Below, piece by piece: positions 1 to 13,714 of a stretch of DNA of 64,000 bases. Positions within the stretch are counted from its first letter, which is position 1. Each line of letters starts with the position of its first letter. Position numbers and translations under genes: made by a program. The DNA is from Piromyces finnis finn (taxonomy: Eukaryota; Fungi; Neocallimastigomycota), in contig MCFH01000045.1 in the NCBI GenBank assembly GCA_002104945.1, forward strand, positions 390,261 to 454,260. Direction: 5' to 3'. The notes beneath the pieces were generated by a model that saw only the letters and a program-made list of their open reading frames with translations, was not told the origin of the DNA and did not search any database.

Positions 1-2268
1 AGTATTACCAGAAGAATTATTATCTGTAGCATTATTAGAATCATTACTTGATGGAACTAATGCTTTGTAAAATTCAATTGGAATACCATCCGGACCTGAT
101 GCTTTATAATTTGGAGTAGTGAGGATAGCTGACTTGACTTCATCAATACTAATATCTTGGTTGATATCCCACTCATCAAGCATAGGAAGTGAAAAACGTT
201 TATTCGTTGGTTCTTCATACCAATGCTCCAAATCAAGACTTACACCACTTGGGTCTGATGCAAGATTTTCGAAATGATCATGCCACACTTCTAGTTGTTC
301 TTCCGTAGCAACAACTAATTCTCCATTTTTATTTTTAATTGGTTGAGCAATAAAGAAAGAATCTTTTCCAATTTTTGCAGTTTTCTTGATCCATTTCCAG
401 GCCTTCTTAGGATTATGACTCTTCATATACTCACATCCTGTTTTAATCCAATGAAGATATTCTTGCTTCCTAAATTCATTACATCTTTTGTGGATGTAAT
501 CAATGAGTTTACGGTAGATTTTAATTCTTTTAATAAATTCATCTATATCATAAATTCTTTCTTTTTTAAATCTCTTATACAACTTCATTTTGATTTTTTG
601 AAGATTAAAAATTTGTTGTGAAATATGAAATGAAGACTTTATAACATTATTTGCTGAAGTAATACTGAGCTCGTCTGCAATTGAAAAAGCAGTTGAAGTA
701 AACTCTTTGGAAAGTTCATCTGTAGAAACATTAGGATCGTTGAATTTTGCTGAAAGTATTTGGAATTTATTATGACTGAGAATAGATTCCTTTTCCTCAA
801 TACATTTTAATCTATTCCATTTCAGAATTTTCTTAGGAACATTAAAGTCATTAGAAAAATCTTCCATAGGAATAATTTTACCATTAATAAGAAGTGGCTT
901 ATGGTCTGATACAGGATAAAAATTATTTATAAATGATCCTGAGTGAATAAGATCTTTCATCTTCGAATTGATAAGAGCATGGTCAATGTCGGAAGATTGA
1001 TCACCTCGAGTCCAAGAGATAGTAGACCCTCTAAGCGGAAGAATTTCCCAATCTCCTAATCCATTAGTTGATAACCAGTTGGATAATTTTACTTTAGACA
1101 TATTAAAATCACCAACAAGAATCGATGGATGGGATGAATGAGTTTGTAACCACAAGCGAACTTCTAACTTTGCATGATCAACATAGATGTTGTGATGACT
1201 ATGAGGCATATAAACATTACCAATCGAGCATTTGAATCTATTCCAGAGACTAAAAGTATAAATAGAAATAATATACTTTCCAGAGAAGTTTTCAAGTGAG
1301 GCTTGACATGAATTGTGAAAACCTAAATATAAACCTCTCATTCCCGGAACTGATTCGTCAGCTTTCTTGAAAAAGTGTCTATAGTTTCGCAAAGTAACAC
1401 GACAAGGATAATCTGTATTCGATCCAGAACCATTACCAGTTTCTTGGAAACATAAAAATAATGGTTTGAAAATAGCTGTGAAATAGCTAATACTATCTCT
1501 CTTTTCGTGATTCCACCCATTGGTGTTCCAACTAAGACAAAAAGAAAAGCTATCAGGCTTGTTGGATGAGGAAGAATCGTTGCTATTATTATTATTATTA
1601 AAGTCATCGTTATTAATGGATGATGCATCAGAGGAATAAGTAGAACTATTACTAGATGGCTGTGAAACTGAAGAACTATCAACTATTGAACTGTTATCAG
1701 AGTTGATAGAGCTATTAGAATTAATTGTTGAATGTTGAGATTGAAATTGTGTTTGCTGTAGATCTGGAATATTTTCATGATGGGAAACTTGTTGAAGATC
1801 CTGTTGAAGATCTTGTTGAAGATCGGATTGTTGATGAGATTGTTGAACTGATTGTTGAACTGATTGTTGAAATGATTGTTGAATAGAATGTTGATGTTTA
1901 TTAGAAACTAAAATTTTACGTTTGAGAGTGGAAAAAGTGTATTTGTGATTCCTTCTACTACGAGCTGAAAAGGAAATTGAGGTAACTGAAAGTTTCTTCT
2001 TTAACATGTGTAAGATTTTAATACAATCTTTTGATGAACCATGAACCTTGACTAAGAAAAAGTGATCATTGAAAGTTTGAAAATATTTAACACTAATAAC
2101 TGAATTAAATTTATCTTCTAGAATAACCTCGAGTTTTTCCCATAGCATATTTACTGACCATGATCGAATACCACGGATAAAGAAGGAGCGAATATCATCT
2201 AAGGGGATACCATAAGACCGGGTACCACGTCTGATATAATTCTTGTCTTTAATATAAAGGACTGACAT
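1..2268 (-). mobile_element. Non-LTR retrotransposon (LINE), single long ORF: RRM-like N-terminus, Q/S/N-rich linker, AP-endonuclease, start of RT region; runs off the window at position 1
   Basis: Hand translation gives 756 uninterrupted codons from ATG 2268 to position 1. APE motifs occur in order: SWNTNG, LCFQET, GNVYMP, LVGDFN, SDIDH, SDHKP. The pre-RT motif KASGPDGIPIEFYK follows. It is not in the ORF track, probably because there is no stop inside the window. Confidence 0.92.
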
Positions 2269-2864
2269 GATAATAAATTCTAATTAAAAATATTGAATAT
2301 AAAATAAATACTAATAAAAATTATAAATATAACGTATATGGAAAAAAAATCTGTCTCTCTCTCTTCTTAAAAGTACTGGATAGTACAAAAATTGTTACGA
2401 TGCTTTGTTTAAAGTTTCTTTTTTTTGAATTCTAGTTGTAAATTTTCTTTAAAAATTCTAGTTTTGGTTTGTTGTTAGTAAATTCGAATCGCTTTTTGAC
2501 ACTAAACTTGTTTGACTTTACTTTTCATTAAATATTTAAATTGGTAAAAAATTTGAATCAAGAATGTCGACACCAGAAAGCTTGTGAATAGTATTTTTAC
2601 ATGATGTAGAGTGAATCAGTCTCTTACAAGAAACAATACAACAATAGCTACATGAATATAAAAATACAATGCAAATGCTAAAGTTGACTACATTGGATTC
2701 TTACAAGAGAAGAGTAGTACTACATGAATACATGAATAAAAGAAAAAATACAGCAACAAAATGTATTACTCTTCTAATTAAATACTATACAAACTTACCT
2801 GAATATCAAACATTCAACTTATTCATCAAATACTTAAATTCGATGGATAAATGTTTTTTAATCG

Positions 2865-3506
2865 CTCAGTACCATGAGCTTAGTCCTAATAATTTTCCCT
2901 TAAAGACTAACCAAGCATCCATTGCGCAATGCTTGGATTTAATTCTTCCTACTCTCTCAGTACCATGAGCATGAGTAGACCCCCTTGAGAAACTACATTT
3001 ATTAAATAAATGAAGGCACGTTTCCAAGAGGGCACCAAGCATCCATTGCGCAATACTTGGATTTAATTCTTTCTACTCTCTCAGTACCATGAGCATGAGT
3101 AGACCCCCTTGAGAAACTACATTTATTAAATAAATGAAGGCACGTTCCCAAGAGGGAAGCTTAGTCCTAATAATTTTCCCTTAAAGACTAACCAAGCATC
3201 CATTGCGCAATGCTTGGATTTAATTCTTTCTACTCTCTCAGTACCATGAGCATGAGTAGACCCCCTTGAGAAATTACATTTATTAAATAAATGAAGGCAC
3301 ATTCCTAAGAGGGCACCAAGCATCCATTGCGCAATACTTGGATTTAATTCTTTCTACTCTCTCAGTACCATGAGCATGAGTAGACCCCCTTGAGAAACTA
3401 CATTTATTAAATAAATGAAGGCACGTTCCCAAGAGGGAATGAGCATGAGTAGACCCCCTTGAGAAACTACATTTATTAAATAAATGAAGGCACGTTCCCA
3501 AGAGGG
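2865..3506. repeat. Modular tandem array of hairpin units (basic period 124 bp, higher-order period 281 bp)
   Basis: Modules: A (TTAGTC..GACTAA) at 2880 and 3161; B (CCAAGCAT..AT[G/A]CTTGG) at 2911, 3035, 3192, 3316; C (TCTACTC..GAGTAGA); D (CCCCCTTGAGAA..TTCCCAAGAGGG) x5, ending at 3506. Confidence 0.95.
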
Positions 3507-4190
3507 ATCATTAACTAAATTACTATCTAAATTAGATTATTATTGTTAAGGCCAATAACAAAATGCACAATGTAAAAATGATAAAACTTAACGGACTCCT
3601 TTCTTTATATCTATAGATTTTATGAATTAATCTCTTACTTTGATAATGCAAATTTCACTTATTTACAAAATCTAAAATAACATAAATTATCAAAATATAA
3701 TAACACACGAAATACAGTCATTTCAACTATTATATATGCTTAAAAGTATTACTTTCAAAAATTAATGATAAGGACAAATAATTTTAATTATTTTATATTA
3801 AATTAGTTTTATTTTATTTTTTGCCTTATTTTTGTTTAGTATAAATAGTATTATTATTAGTTTATAATTAATTTTTCAATATTGCTTTTATTTTATTACG
3901 TATTTATTTTCTTTTTATTATTTGATTAATTTATTTATTTATTTATTTACTTTTTATATTTGCATTAAATTTTTTTTACTAGTTTATATAAAAAAAATCT
4001 TTTTAAAAATTTTACTTTTAAATATAAAAACAAAATCTTTTACTATTTTATAAATAATTTTGGGAGGGATGGTTTATAAATATGCAAATTTTTAATTCAA
4101 CGTAAGAATTTAAAAAATTGGTCACTGATTTTTTTAAAAACCTATTTTGACTTAAAAATTTTAGTTTAATAAATTACTTTTAAAGGCAAT

Positions 4191-6730
4191 TTACATCTTT
4201 TCGTGGAAGGTACGGGCAATAACTTCCTTTTGTTGAGCTGGAGTTAACTTAACGAAGTTAACAGCGTAACCAGAAACACGGATGGTAAGGTTTGGATAGT
4301 TTTCTGGGTGAGCCATAGCATCTTCAAGAGTTTCACGCTTGAGGACGTTGACGTTAATGTGGTGAGCACCCTTGGTGAAGTAACCATCTAATAAACCGGA
4401 AAGGTTACCTTGACGTTCTTGTAAAGTCTTACCAATGGTGTTTGGAACAATAGAGAAGGTGTTAGAGATACCATCCATACAAGAGTCGTAGTTAACCTTA
4501 GCGACAGAAGAAAGAGAAGCAACAGCACCAGAGAATTCACGACCGTGCATTGGGTTACAACCTGGAGCGAAAGCTTGACCAGCCTTACGACCATCTGGAG
4601 TAGAACCGGTCTTCTTACCGTAAACGACGTTAGAGGTAATGGTAAGAACGGAAAGAGTGTGCTTGGCACCACGGTAAGTTGGGGTCTTTCTGAGCTTGTT
4701 GATAAGCTTGTCAGTAACAGTTCTGGCGAAGAAATCAACACGGTCATCATCGTTACCGAATTTTGGGAATTCACCTTCAATCTTGAAGTCAACAGTTAAA
4801 CCGGTCTTAGCATCACGGATTGGAGTGACCTTAGCGTACTTAATAGCAGAGAAGGAATCAGCAACAACAGAGAGACCAGCAACACCGAAGGCCATAAGAC
4901 GACGGACATCGGTATCGTGAAGAGCCATTTGAAGGGCTTCGTAACAGTATTGGTCGTGACAGAAGTGGATAACGTTCATGGTGTTGACGTAGAGCTTGGC
5001 AATCCAGTCCATAGCCTTGTCGTAGGTTTCCCACATCCAGTCGAATGGAATTGGACCTTCTGGAACTGGACCGAAGTCTGGACCGACTTGCTTACCGGTT
5101 CTTTCATCCTTACCATGGTTGAGGACGTAGAGCATAAGCTTGGCAAGGTTACAACGAGCACCGAAGAATTGCATATCCTTACCGAGTCTCATGGCAGAAA
5201 CACAGCAGGCAATACCGTAGTCATCACCGAATCTAGCGGACATAAGAGCATCAGATTCGTATTGAATGGAAGAGGTATCAATAGAAACCTTAGTGGCGAA
5301 GTCCTTGAAGTTCTTTGGAAGAGCCTTGTTCCAGAGGACAGTAATGTTTGGTTCTGGAGCTGGACCTAAGTTGTAGAGAGTGTTAAGAACACGGTAAGAG
5401 GTCTTAGTAACTAAGGTACGACCATCGCTACCCATACCACCAAGAGACATAGTAACCCAGGTTGGATCACCAGCGAATAAATCGTTGTATTTTGGAGTAC
5501 GTAAGTGACGAGCGAAACGTAACTTAAGGATAAGGTTATCAATGATTTCTTGAGCTTCAGCTTCAGTGATAACACCGTTCTTTAAATCGTTTTCGAAGAA
5601 ACAATCAAGGAAGGCATCAACACGACCAAGAGACATAGCAGCACCATCTTGTTCCTTGATAGAACCTAAGTAACCGAAGTAAACGAATTGAGTAGCTTCT
5701 CTAGCGTTCTTAGCTGGCTTAGAGATATCAATACCGTAGGACTTGGCCATTTGAGTAAGTTGCTTAAGAGCCTTGATTTGGTCAGCAACTTCACCAATCT
5801 TCTTCATGGTTGGTTCGTCCATTAAACCCTTTTGGAGTTCAACTCTGTCCTTTTCCTTTTGGGCAATAAGACGGTCAGTACCGTAAAGAGCAACACGACG
5901 GTAATCACCAATGATACGACCACGACCGTAACCATCTGGTAAACCAGTCATAATAGCGTTGGAACGACCAGTTCTCATTTCCTTGGAGTAAAGATCGAAG
6001 ACAGCGGTGTTGTGGGTCTTACGGTAGTCAGAGAAAATGTGTTCAACTTCCTTGTCCATTGGAACGTTAACAGCGGCAAGAGCGTTCTTGACCATGTTAA
6101 CACCACCGAATGGCTTGATAGCTCTCTTAAGTGGAACATCAGTTTGGTAACCGTAGATAACTTCGTTATCTTTGTCAAGGTAACCTGGCTTGTGAGAGGT
6201 AATGGTAGATGGAGTGTGTGGATCAACATCGTATAAACCACCGTTGGCACGTTCCTTGGCTAAGTATTCTTCAGCCTTGGCGAAAAGCTTCTTGGTCTTT
6301 TCAGTTGGACCAACAAGGAAAGAATCATCACCTTCGTATGGGGTGTAGTGCTTCTTAATCCAACCTTCGACATCGATTTCACTCTTGGCAGCAGCATCGT
6401 TAGTGATGACTGGAGCTTGAGTAGCGTAGGTCTTAGCTTGCATAGCTGGGACCTTCTTGGCAGACTTAAGAGTAGTCTTCTATTATATAAATTTTTTTAT
6501 TTATAATTTATATTAGTAATCTATACAATAATTTTATTTTTATCTTTTTTATTAAAATATTCTTGTATTTAATATTTTATTAAAATGTCATTAATATTTA
6601 CCATAGCTGGGGTGTGAAGAGCACGGGTTGGCTTGGCCATTCTGACACCAGCGACCTTGGTGGCAGCAACAGCATTAATAGAAACAGTGTTAGCAAGAAC
6701 ACTGACGTTGGATAAAGCTAAGCTTTCCAT
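4191..6730 (-). CDS. PFL: Pyruvate formate-lyase (formate C-acetyltransferase), ~805 aa, with N-terminal hydrogenosomal-type targeting extension; 2 exons (6730-6602, 6479-4191)
   Basis: Active-site IACCVSAM and C-terminal glycyl-radical RVSGY are present. GT-AG intron 6601-6480 joins [11 protein letters not shown]...HTPAM to [16 protein letters not shown] in frame. Codon bias is strong. Confidence 0.97.
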
Positions 6731-9700
6731 TTTATTTGTTTTAAATATATAAATTATTTAGTTTGACAAATTGTGAAGAAAAAAATTAAAGTGATTTTTA
6801 GCTCTATTTAAATGAATCTCGGTTAAATTAAATTTTATTTAAACGAAAATCAAAAAATATAAATCATATAAATAAAATATATTACAATATATTATTATAT
6901 ATTACAATATTAATTAATGTGAATATTTTTGTAATATATTATATGTAGTATGTATCTACCCTAACAAATTATATAATTAATCTTAATATATTACATAATA
7001 TATTATTTTTTTAATTTTTCCATTATTTCAATTCTTTCAAAATTAATATATTAGGATGAAATTTCGATATTGAAAATATCATAAAACTATTATATTATTA
7101 ATATATTAATTTATAATAGTAATTATATATTATCATTTTTAAAAATTTTCAATTTCTTAATTTTTTTATTATAAATGCATTCATATAACTATAATATCAT
7201 AATATATTATTATTAAAAAGTAATATAATAATATTACTATATAATATATTATTAAATATATTGTAATTAATTATTTTATATTTTATAATATAAATTCAAT
7301 AAATAGTATTAAAAATAATAATCTTCTAATTCTTTCTATTAATTATTTAAAACTATTAAAATATAAAAGTATTAATGAATTCAGTAGATAGTCTAAAATA
7401 TCATTCATATAAACATAATAGTATTCATAACAAATATTTAATATACATGTATTTATTATTAAAAAAAACTGTTTATTTGTAAATAGCACTCTTTTAAAAT
7501 AATAAAATAAGCAAAAAAAAAAAGTATACATAAGTTATATAATATATTTAATAAACTATATGTTAAACAACAAAAATATTCGAAAATATTATAGTATTTA
7601 CTTCTTATAGTATGTACTAAAATAAATAAAGAAAAATTATGACATAATAAATACATTATATACGAAGTATTTATTATTACTAAATAAGAAAAAATTACGT
7701 GTAAAAAAAAAAAAGATTTTTTATATTTTAAAAATAAAACTCCCCATAAATCCAATTAATAAGGATTTTTCATCATTAATTTAAGAAATACAATGTAACA
7801 TATTTCAGTAGAAATTTATTATAAATTATAGATTTTGTATAAAAATAATTTTGGTTTCTCTTAATATTATTTTTCTTAAATGAGAATGTGAAGAAAGATA
7901 GCTATTGAAATTAAAAAAAAAAAATTAATAAAACTTTTTCGTAATAACATACAAAATATATAATTTAAAAAGTAATTATATTTAAAAAATACACGATATT
8001 CATTATGTAGTTAAACTTATATTTAAATCTAAATATAGGAACAATCAAAAAAAATTTTAAAATTATTTTAAAGATGCCAATAAATACATAAATTCGAAAT
8101 AACTTTTATCTTTTTTTATATAAATGATAATCCTTTAGTTCCATTATTTCCATTAAAAATAATAGAAATTATAGTTATTAAATATTTTTTGTATTATCGA
8201 TTTTACCTTAAAAAAAAAAAAAAAAAAAAAAAAAGCATTTAAATAAATAATAAAACAGGTAAAGCTAATATTATAGTTTAAATTCTAATAATTTAAAAAA
8301 TTATAATAAAAGATTTGCAGCATTATTTTCGCATATTATAGAAAAAATTGAAAATACTTTAAAAGCAATAATATAAATTTTGATGAAGTTTTTATTAATA
8401 TGAATAAATAAAAAAATCTTAAATATTAATATATGTATGGTATAATAGCATTTAAAAAATAGTGAACATTCAATGTTTTTGTTATTGTTATAATTAAAAA
8501 AGTAATAATTCTTTAAATGGTTATATAACTTTACATTTATTTCTTTGCTATTCTATTACAAATTAAAGTTTGCATTTAATAAAAATTTTATTACTATTTA
8601 AAAAACTGCTTTATTCATTTATCGAGGATTTTTATTGAAAAACCAATTTATTACTTTTATTTTTCTCTATAATGTAATTTATTAGTTTTTATATTCTTTT
8701 TAAAAAATCTACACATATTAAAAATTTTAAATTGAAATTTTAACTATAATATATTATTTAATTTAAAATACTACCTTTATCATCATTTTTAATTATATCA
8801 CAATTTGGATAAATTAAATTTATTCTCCAATAAAAAATCAACTAATAATAATACTTAAAATAAGAAAGAAATTGACATACCAACAAATCCACAAATTTAT
8901 AAAAAAATAGGTAATAAAATATTAATAAAATATAATCTAAGGAAATACAAAAATGAAAAATACCAATATTTAATGATTGTTATAAATATTTTAAAATAAA
9001 TTATATACATATACTATTAATAATTTTTATAACTTAATAAAAATTATTTTAGAAATTTAGGAATAAATTACGATTAAGTTATTCTAACCTTTGATAATAA
9101 TGAATTAATTTATATAATAAATAACTTAATTTAAAGTAATATAAAGTATGTTTGTCAATAATAAAAAAGCATTAGATAAATATTGATTTTATTAAAGCTA
9201 CTTTAATCTTCCTACTTGGAATATTTTATCTTAGTATATTTTGAATTTTTTTTATATATAAAAAAGGTAATAAAGATTAATCGTCTTAAATAGTATAACT
9301 ACTAAAAATTCTTTATTATCATTTTTAATACAATTTCTTTACATCATAATATAAATGGTTGATTTATTATATATTTATAAAATTTTATATTCATTAAAAA
9401 AATAATAAATATTTTAATATAAATATATATTTCTTAATATTTTAATAATAAATAATGTATAAAAAATATGCAAAATGTATTTTTCTTTAAATCTTACTTA
9501 AGTATCATTATTATTAACAAAAAAAAACTAAACAACAATTTAGTAATTACCGTTTTTTAAACCTATCCCTTTTTATTTTTATAATAAGAAATCCTTTTTC
9601 ATTATTCACAATTATTCTATAATAAATATTTTTTCATTGTAATTTTAATTTCTTTATACTTCTTTTTTATTAAATGCATATAATTTACATATTTGAATAT

Positions 9701-12557
9701 ATTTTATTATATGGAACTAAGATAATATTATTTAAATATTATTCAACTCACAATATATTGTTAAAATTAAATATATTTAAAAAAAGATATACTATGGAGC
9801 TATAAAAAGATTTTACTTTTTTTAATCGATCCTTAAATTATATCTTATATAATAAATGGATTATGGATAAATTTTTATATTATAATACAATGTTAATATA
9901 TTACAATAAATCAGTATCCAATTAAATATATGATTAGGATTTATGTACATTACTTCAATATTATTAAAATGGAGTATACTCATTTTATTATTTGGCTGCT
10001 AAATAGCCAATCATTTTTGTTAAATTTATCTATCCTATATATTATGTCATAAATTGAAGGTGTTTTTTGTAAACATTTTATATTGATCAAATAACTAATA
10101 TAAAATTTCAAAAAAAATAAAATAAAAAAGATTATCATATTATTATTACTTTTTTTTTTAAATTATTAAATATTTCATTTAATATTAATAAAAATTTATA
10201 AAGTTTTATTTAATAATATTTAATAATAAATAAAGAGAAAGAAAAAAAGAGAATGTACATATTATATAAATATAAATTTGTGAATATAGTTTTAAGTTAA
10301 TCATAATTTTTATTCGTTTTTCATAGTAAATGTAGATATATTATTTTATTAATACCTATATTTACCTATTCAAGTAAATTTGAATTTTATATTATTTTTA
10401 TATAATGTTAGTGAGGTTGAAAGTAAAAATAAAAACTAATAAATAATTATTAAAAGCTAGATAAATATATTTAATATTATGTTATTCCGAACAAAAATTA
10501 ATATATTATATAATTATTAATATAAGAATTTCTACTTACTTATTATATACTTATTTTATTTTAAAAAAAAAACAAAGTAGTTACTCCATTTTTATTATAA
10601 TTAGTATTATCTTTTTTAATGTTTTTATATACTGTATAAATTATTACTTTTTTGTTTTTAGTACTTTTACAAAAATCAATGTTGATAATTTTTAAAAAAA
10701 AAAAAGAGTAAAAATTTTGAATAAAAATAAAAAGAGAAAACATATTGGTTTTTATATATTTTTTATTGTTAAAAGATTCAATAAATATTTTATAAAGATA
10801 TTACATATATTAAATTGTCGTAAACTTTAATGTCTGGCATAAATGAACTATTCAATATAACAATATAGATAAGATATTTTGAGTATCACGCACTCACTAA
10901 ATAAAAAAATTAAAAAAAAAAAAATTCCTTATATTATTCAAATGAAAAAATATATCATCTTTCTTGAAAAAGTAATAAAATTTATTTCATTTGAATATAG
11001 AGCTTTTTTAATAAAAAATTTTGTTTAATCTTCTTTTGTTTTATACTATTTTGCATTATACAATTGTTAAATAATTTTAATAACTTATATATATATGTAA
11101 TAATAAAGGAAAGGTAAAAAGTATATTATTTGATTATTTGTTTTATTTATTTTATTTTATTTTTATTTATTTTTTTATTTATTTATTTTGTTAGTTAGTT
11201 AGTTAATTATTATTCAAATATAAATTTTCATTAACATTTAATTGAAAGCTAATCAAATATATTTTATCTCTTTTTTATTCAACATCCCAGAATTTTATAT
11301 GATGAATCAAATAATTATTTTTTTTATTATCATTTTTTATAGTATATAAATAGTATTTTGTTAATCCTATATATTCGATTTTCTAATACTTATGTTTATA
11401 TATATGCTGTAATCCTTTATATTTTATATTTTATTGAAAAATATGTTATATAAATTATAAAATAAAATATATTTTGCATAGATTCATTTGTAATTAGTAA
11501 TATTTTTTATTTTTTAAATAGCTTTGTAAAATAATACCTTGTAGCTTTAATATTATTATGTAATAATTAATGTAAAATAAAAATAGATTAATAAATAATA
11601 AAAAATCAAAGTTTTATAAACATTACAATAATTACTAGTTAAGTTTTTTATTCTTTCTATTCTTTATATATATTAATGAAGAATATGTAATAATTTTTAG
11701 TGACCATTTAATCTAACCCTTTATTTATAAGTTCTAACCTCTAACCTCTCCACTTATTTTTATTAAAAATTAGTATTTTAATTTTTATATAACAAAAAAA
11801 TAATAAATAAATTGGAACTTTGGAAAACTAAATAATATTAAGATATTAAATATAAATGATGTTAAATAAATAATATTTATTATACACTATTAATATATTA
11901 TTAACTTAAATTTATATGATAATATTATAATTATAAAAGCATTATATAAACTTGAATTATTATGGAAGTAATAATATTTGTTATTTTATTATAAAAATAT
12001 TTCATATGCATTAGCTGATAAAGATTAACAAAGAAAAAAATATTTAAAAAAATACAATTAAATCGAAAAATGGAAAACCAATTTAAAGATTATAATATGC
12101 AATAATAACATTCTATAATACATTATATCCAAATTTAATTTAATAAATAGTGTATAATTCAATCATTTTGAAGATATTTTAAAATTCATCAATTACATAA
12201 ATTAACTTTTAGAATTTTAAATTTTGAATATGAAATAATAAGATTATACTAAAAACAAATAAATATTTAAAAATATATATTTATAACATTGAAAGAACAT
12301 CTTTAGTATTATTAAAAATTATTTATATATTGATAAAATTATCAACATTATATGTATTTTATCAACTTTATTAAATTGAAATAAAAAAAGATTTAAAATA
12401 ATAAACATTAAATTAGATTCATGTTTTAAAAAAAAATAATCTATAACATATACTCATAGTTAATTATAAATACAATATAATTTAATATTATATAAAGATA
12501 TTTAAATTGCGAAATTAATATTAATTAGTTTATGATAATTGTAATAAATAAAAAGTA

Positions 12558-12608
<51 letters not shown>

Positions 12609-12707
12609 GATATTAGATTTAAATACGAATGAAAAAAAAAAGAATTTTAATAGTTTTTAATTATGGTGTTTAATATATATCTTTTATAAACTTTAAAACA
12701 AGAATAT

Positions 12708-12750
<43 letters not shown>

Positions 12751-12924
12751 TCAATTCAATTAAAGTGTAAATATAAATAAAAATAAAAATAAAAAAAGGC
12801 AATATATTGAAAAAGTATCAAAATATTTTTATCGTTTTTTTGAACAAAAATATTGTTAATTCATTTTGATAAAATTATGCTATATATATAAATATATATT
12901 TAATCTAATATTAATTTATTAAGA

Positions 12925-12958
<34 letters not shown>

Positions 12959-13714
12959 TAGATTTTTATAAGTAATAATAGAGTAATAGGTAATAGGATA
13001 GAAATATCATTACATAATTGTAAAAGAGTAAGATTGTAGGTGGTAAAAATAAGGTTTAATATTTGTTTTGAAAATCAATTTATTACTATTAATTTTTTTT
13101 TTAAAGTTATATACATATATAAATTGAAGTGTATTTTTTTTTTTTGAATTATAATATTTAATCTAGTTAGTGTATTTATCTTTTTCTTTCTTTCTGTTTG
13201 AAGTAATATATATATATATAAATATACATATTTTTTAAAAGAATATTGTATTCTTGATTATTAAAATTAATAACTTTGTGTTTTTTTAATGCCTATTTGT
13301 AATTTAATTATTTCATATATATTTAATTTATAAAGTTTTTCTTTTTTAATTTAAATGGATAAAGATATTAAATATAATTATTAATTAAAAAACTTGGATG
13401 CTTTATATTTTAATTAAAAAATTTTATAAAATAATAATAATTAATTTACATCTTTTTAAAACAAATTTCTGTTTTAAAATATATCATTATTATTATTTCA
13501 TTTAGATGATATTATAATACTTTGTTTCAAGAAATTTTATTGTTATTATTGTTAATATCATATTTAGATAATTTTATTGAATTGTTTTTTTTTATATTAC
13601 ATATCATATATTAATTTATTCCTTCATATTTATATATACAATAATAAATTTTTTATTACTATTTATAATAAATCCTATTAGTTAAATTTATTATTAAAAG
13701 AGAATTTTATAGTT

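Noticed and set aside
343-1682. Track ORFs 343-621 (+) and 1338-1682 (-)
   Set aside because: They are antisense or off-frame shadows of the LINE ORF.
2669-3501. Track ORFs 2669-2968, 3126-3323 and 3283-3501
   Set aside because: They are by-products of the GC-richer leader and the tandem array, with no recognisable protein features.
2865-3506. CRISPR array or known small ribozyme (hammerhead, HDV-like, twister) interpretation of the hairpin array
   Set aside because: There are no unique spacers or cas genes, and the host is a eukaryote. I found no CUGANGA..GAAA core on either strand and could not fit an HDV or twister pseudoknot by eye.
4388-6250. Overlapping ORFs within PFL
   Set aside because: They are alternative-frame and antisense shadows caused by strong codon bias.
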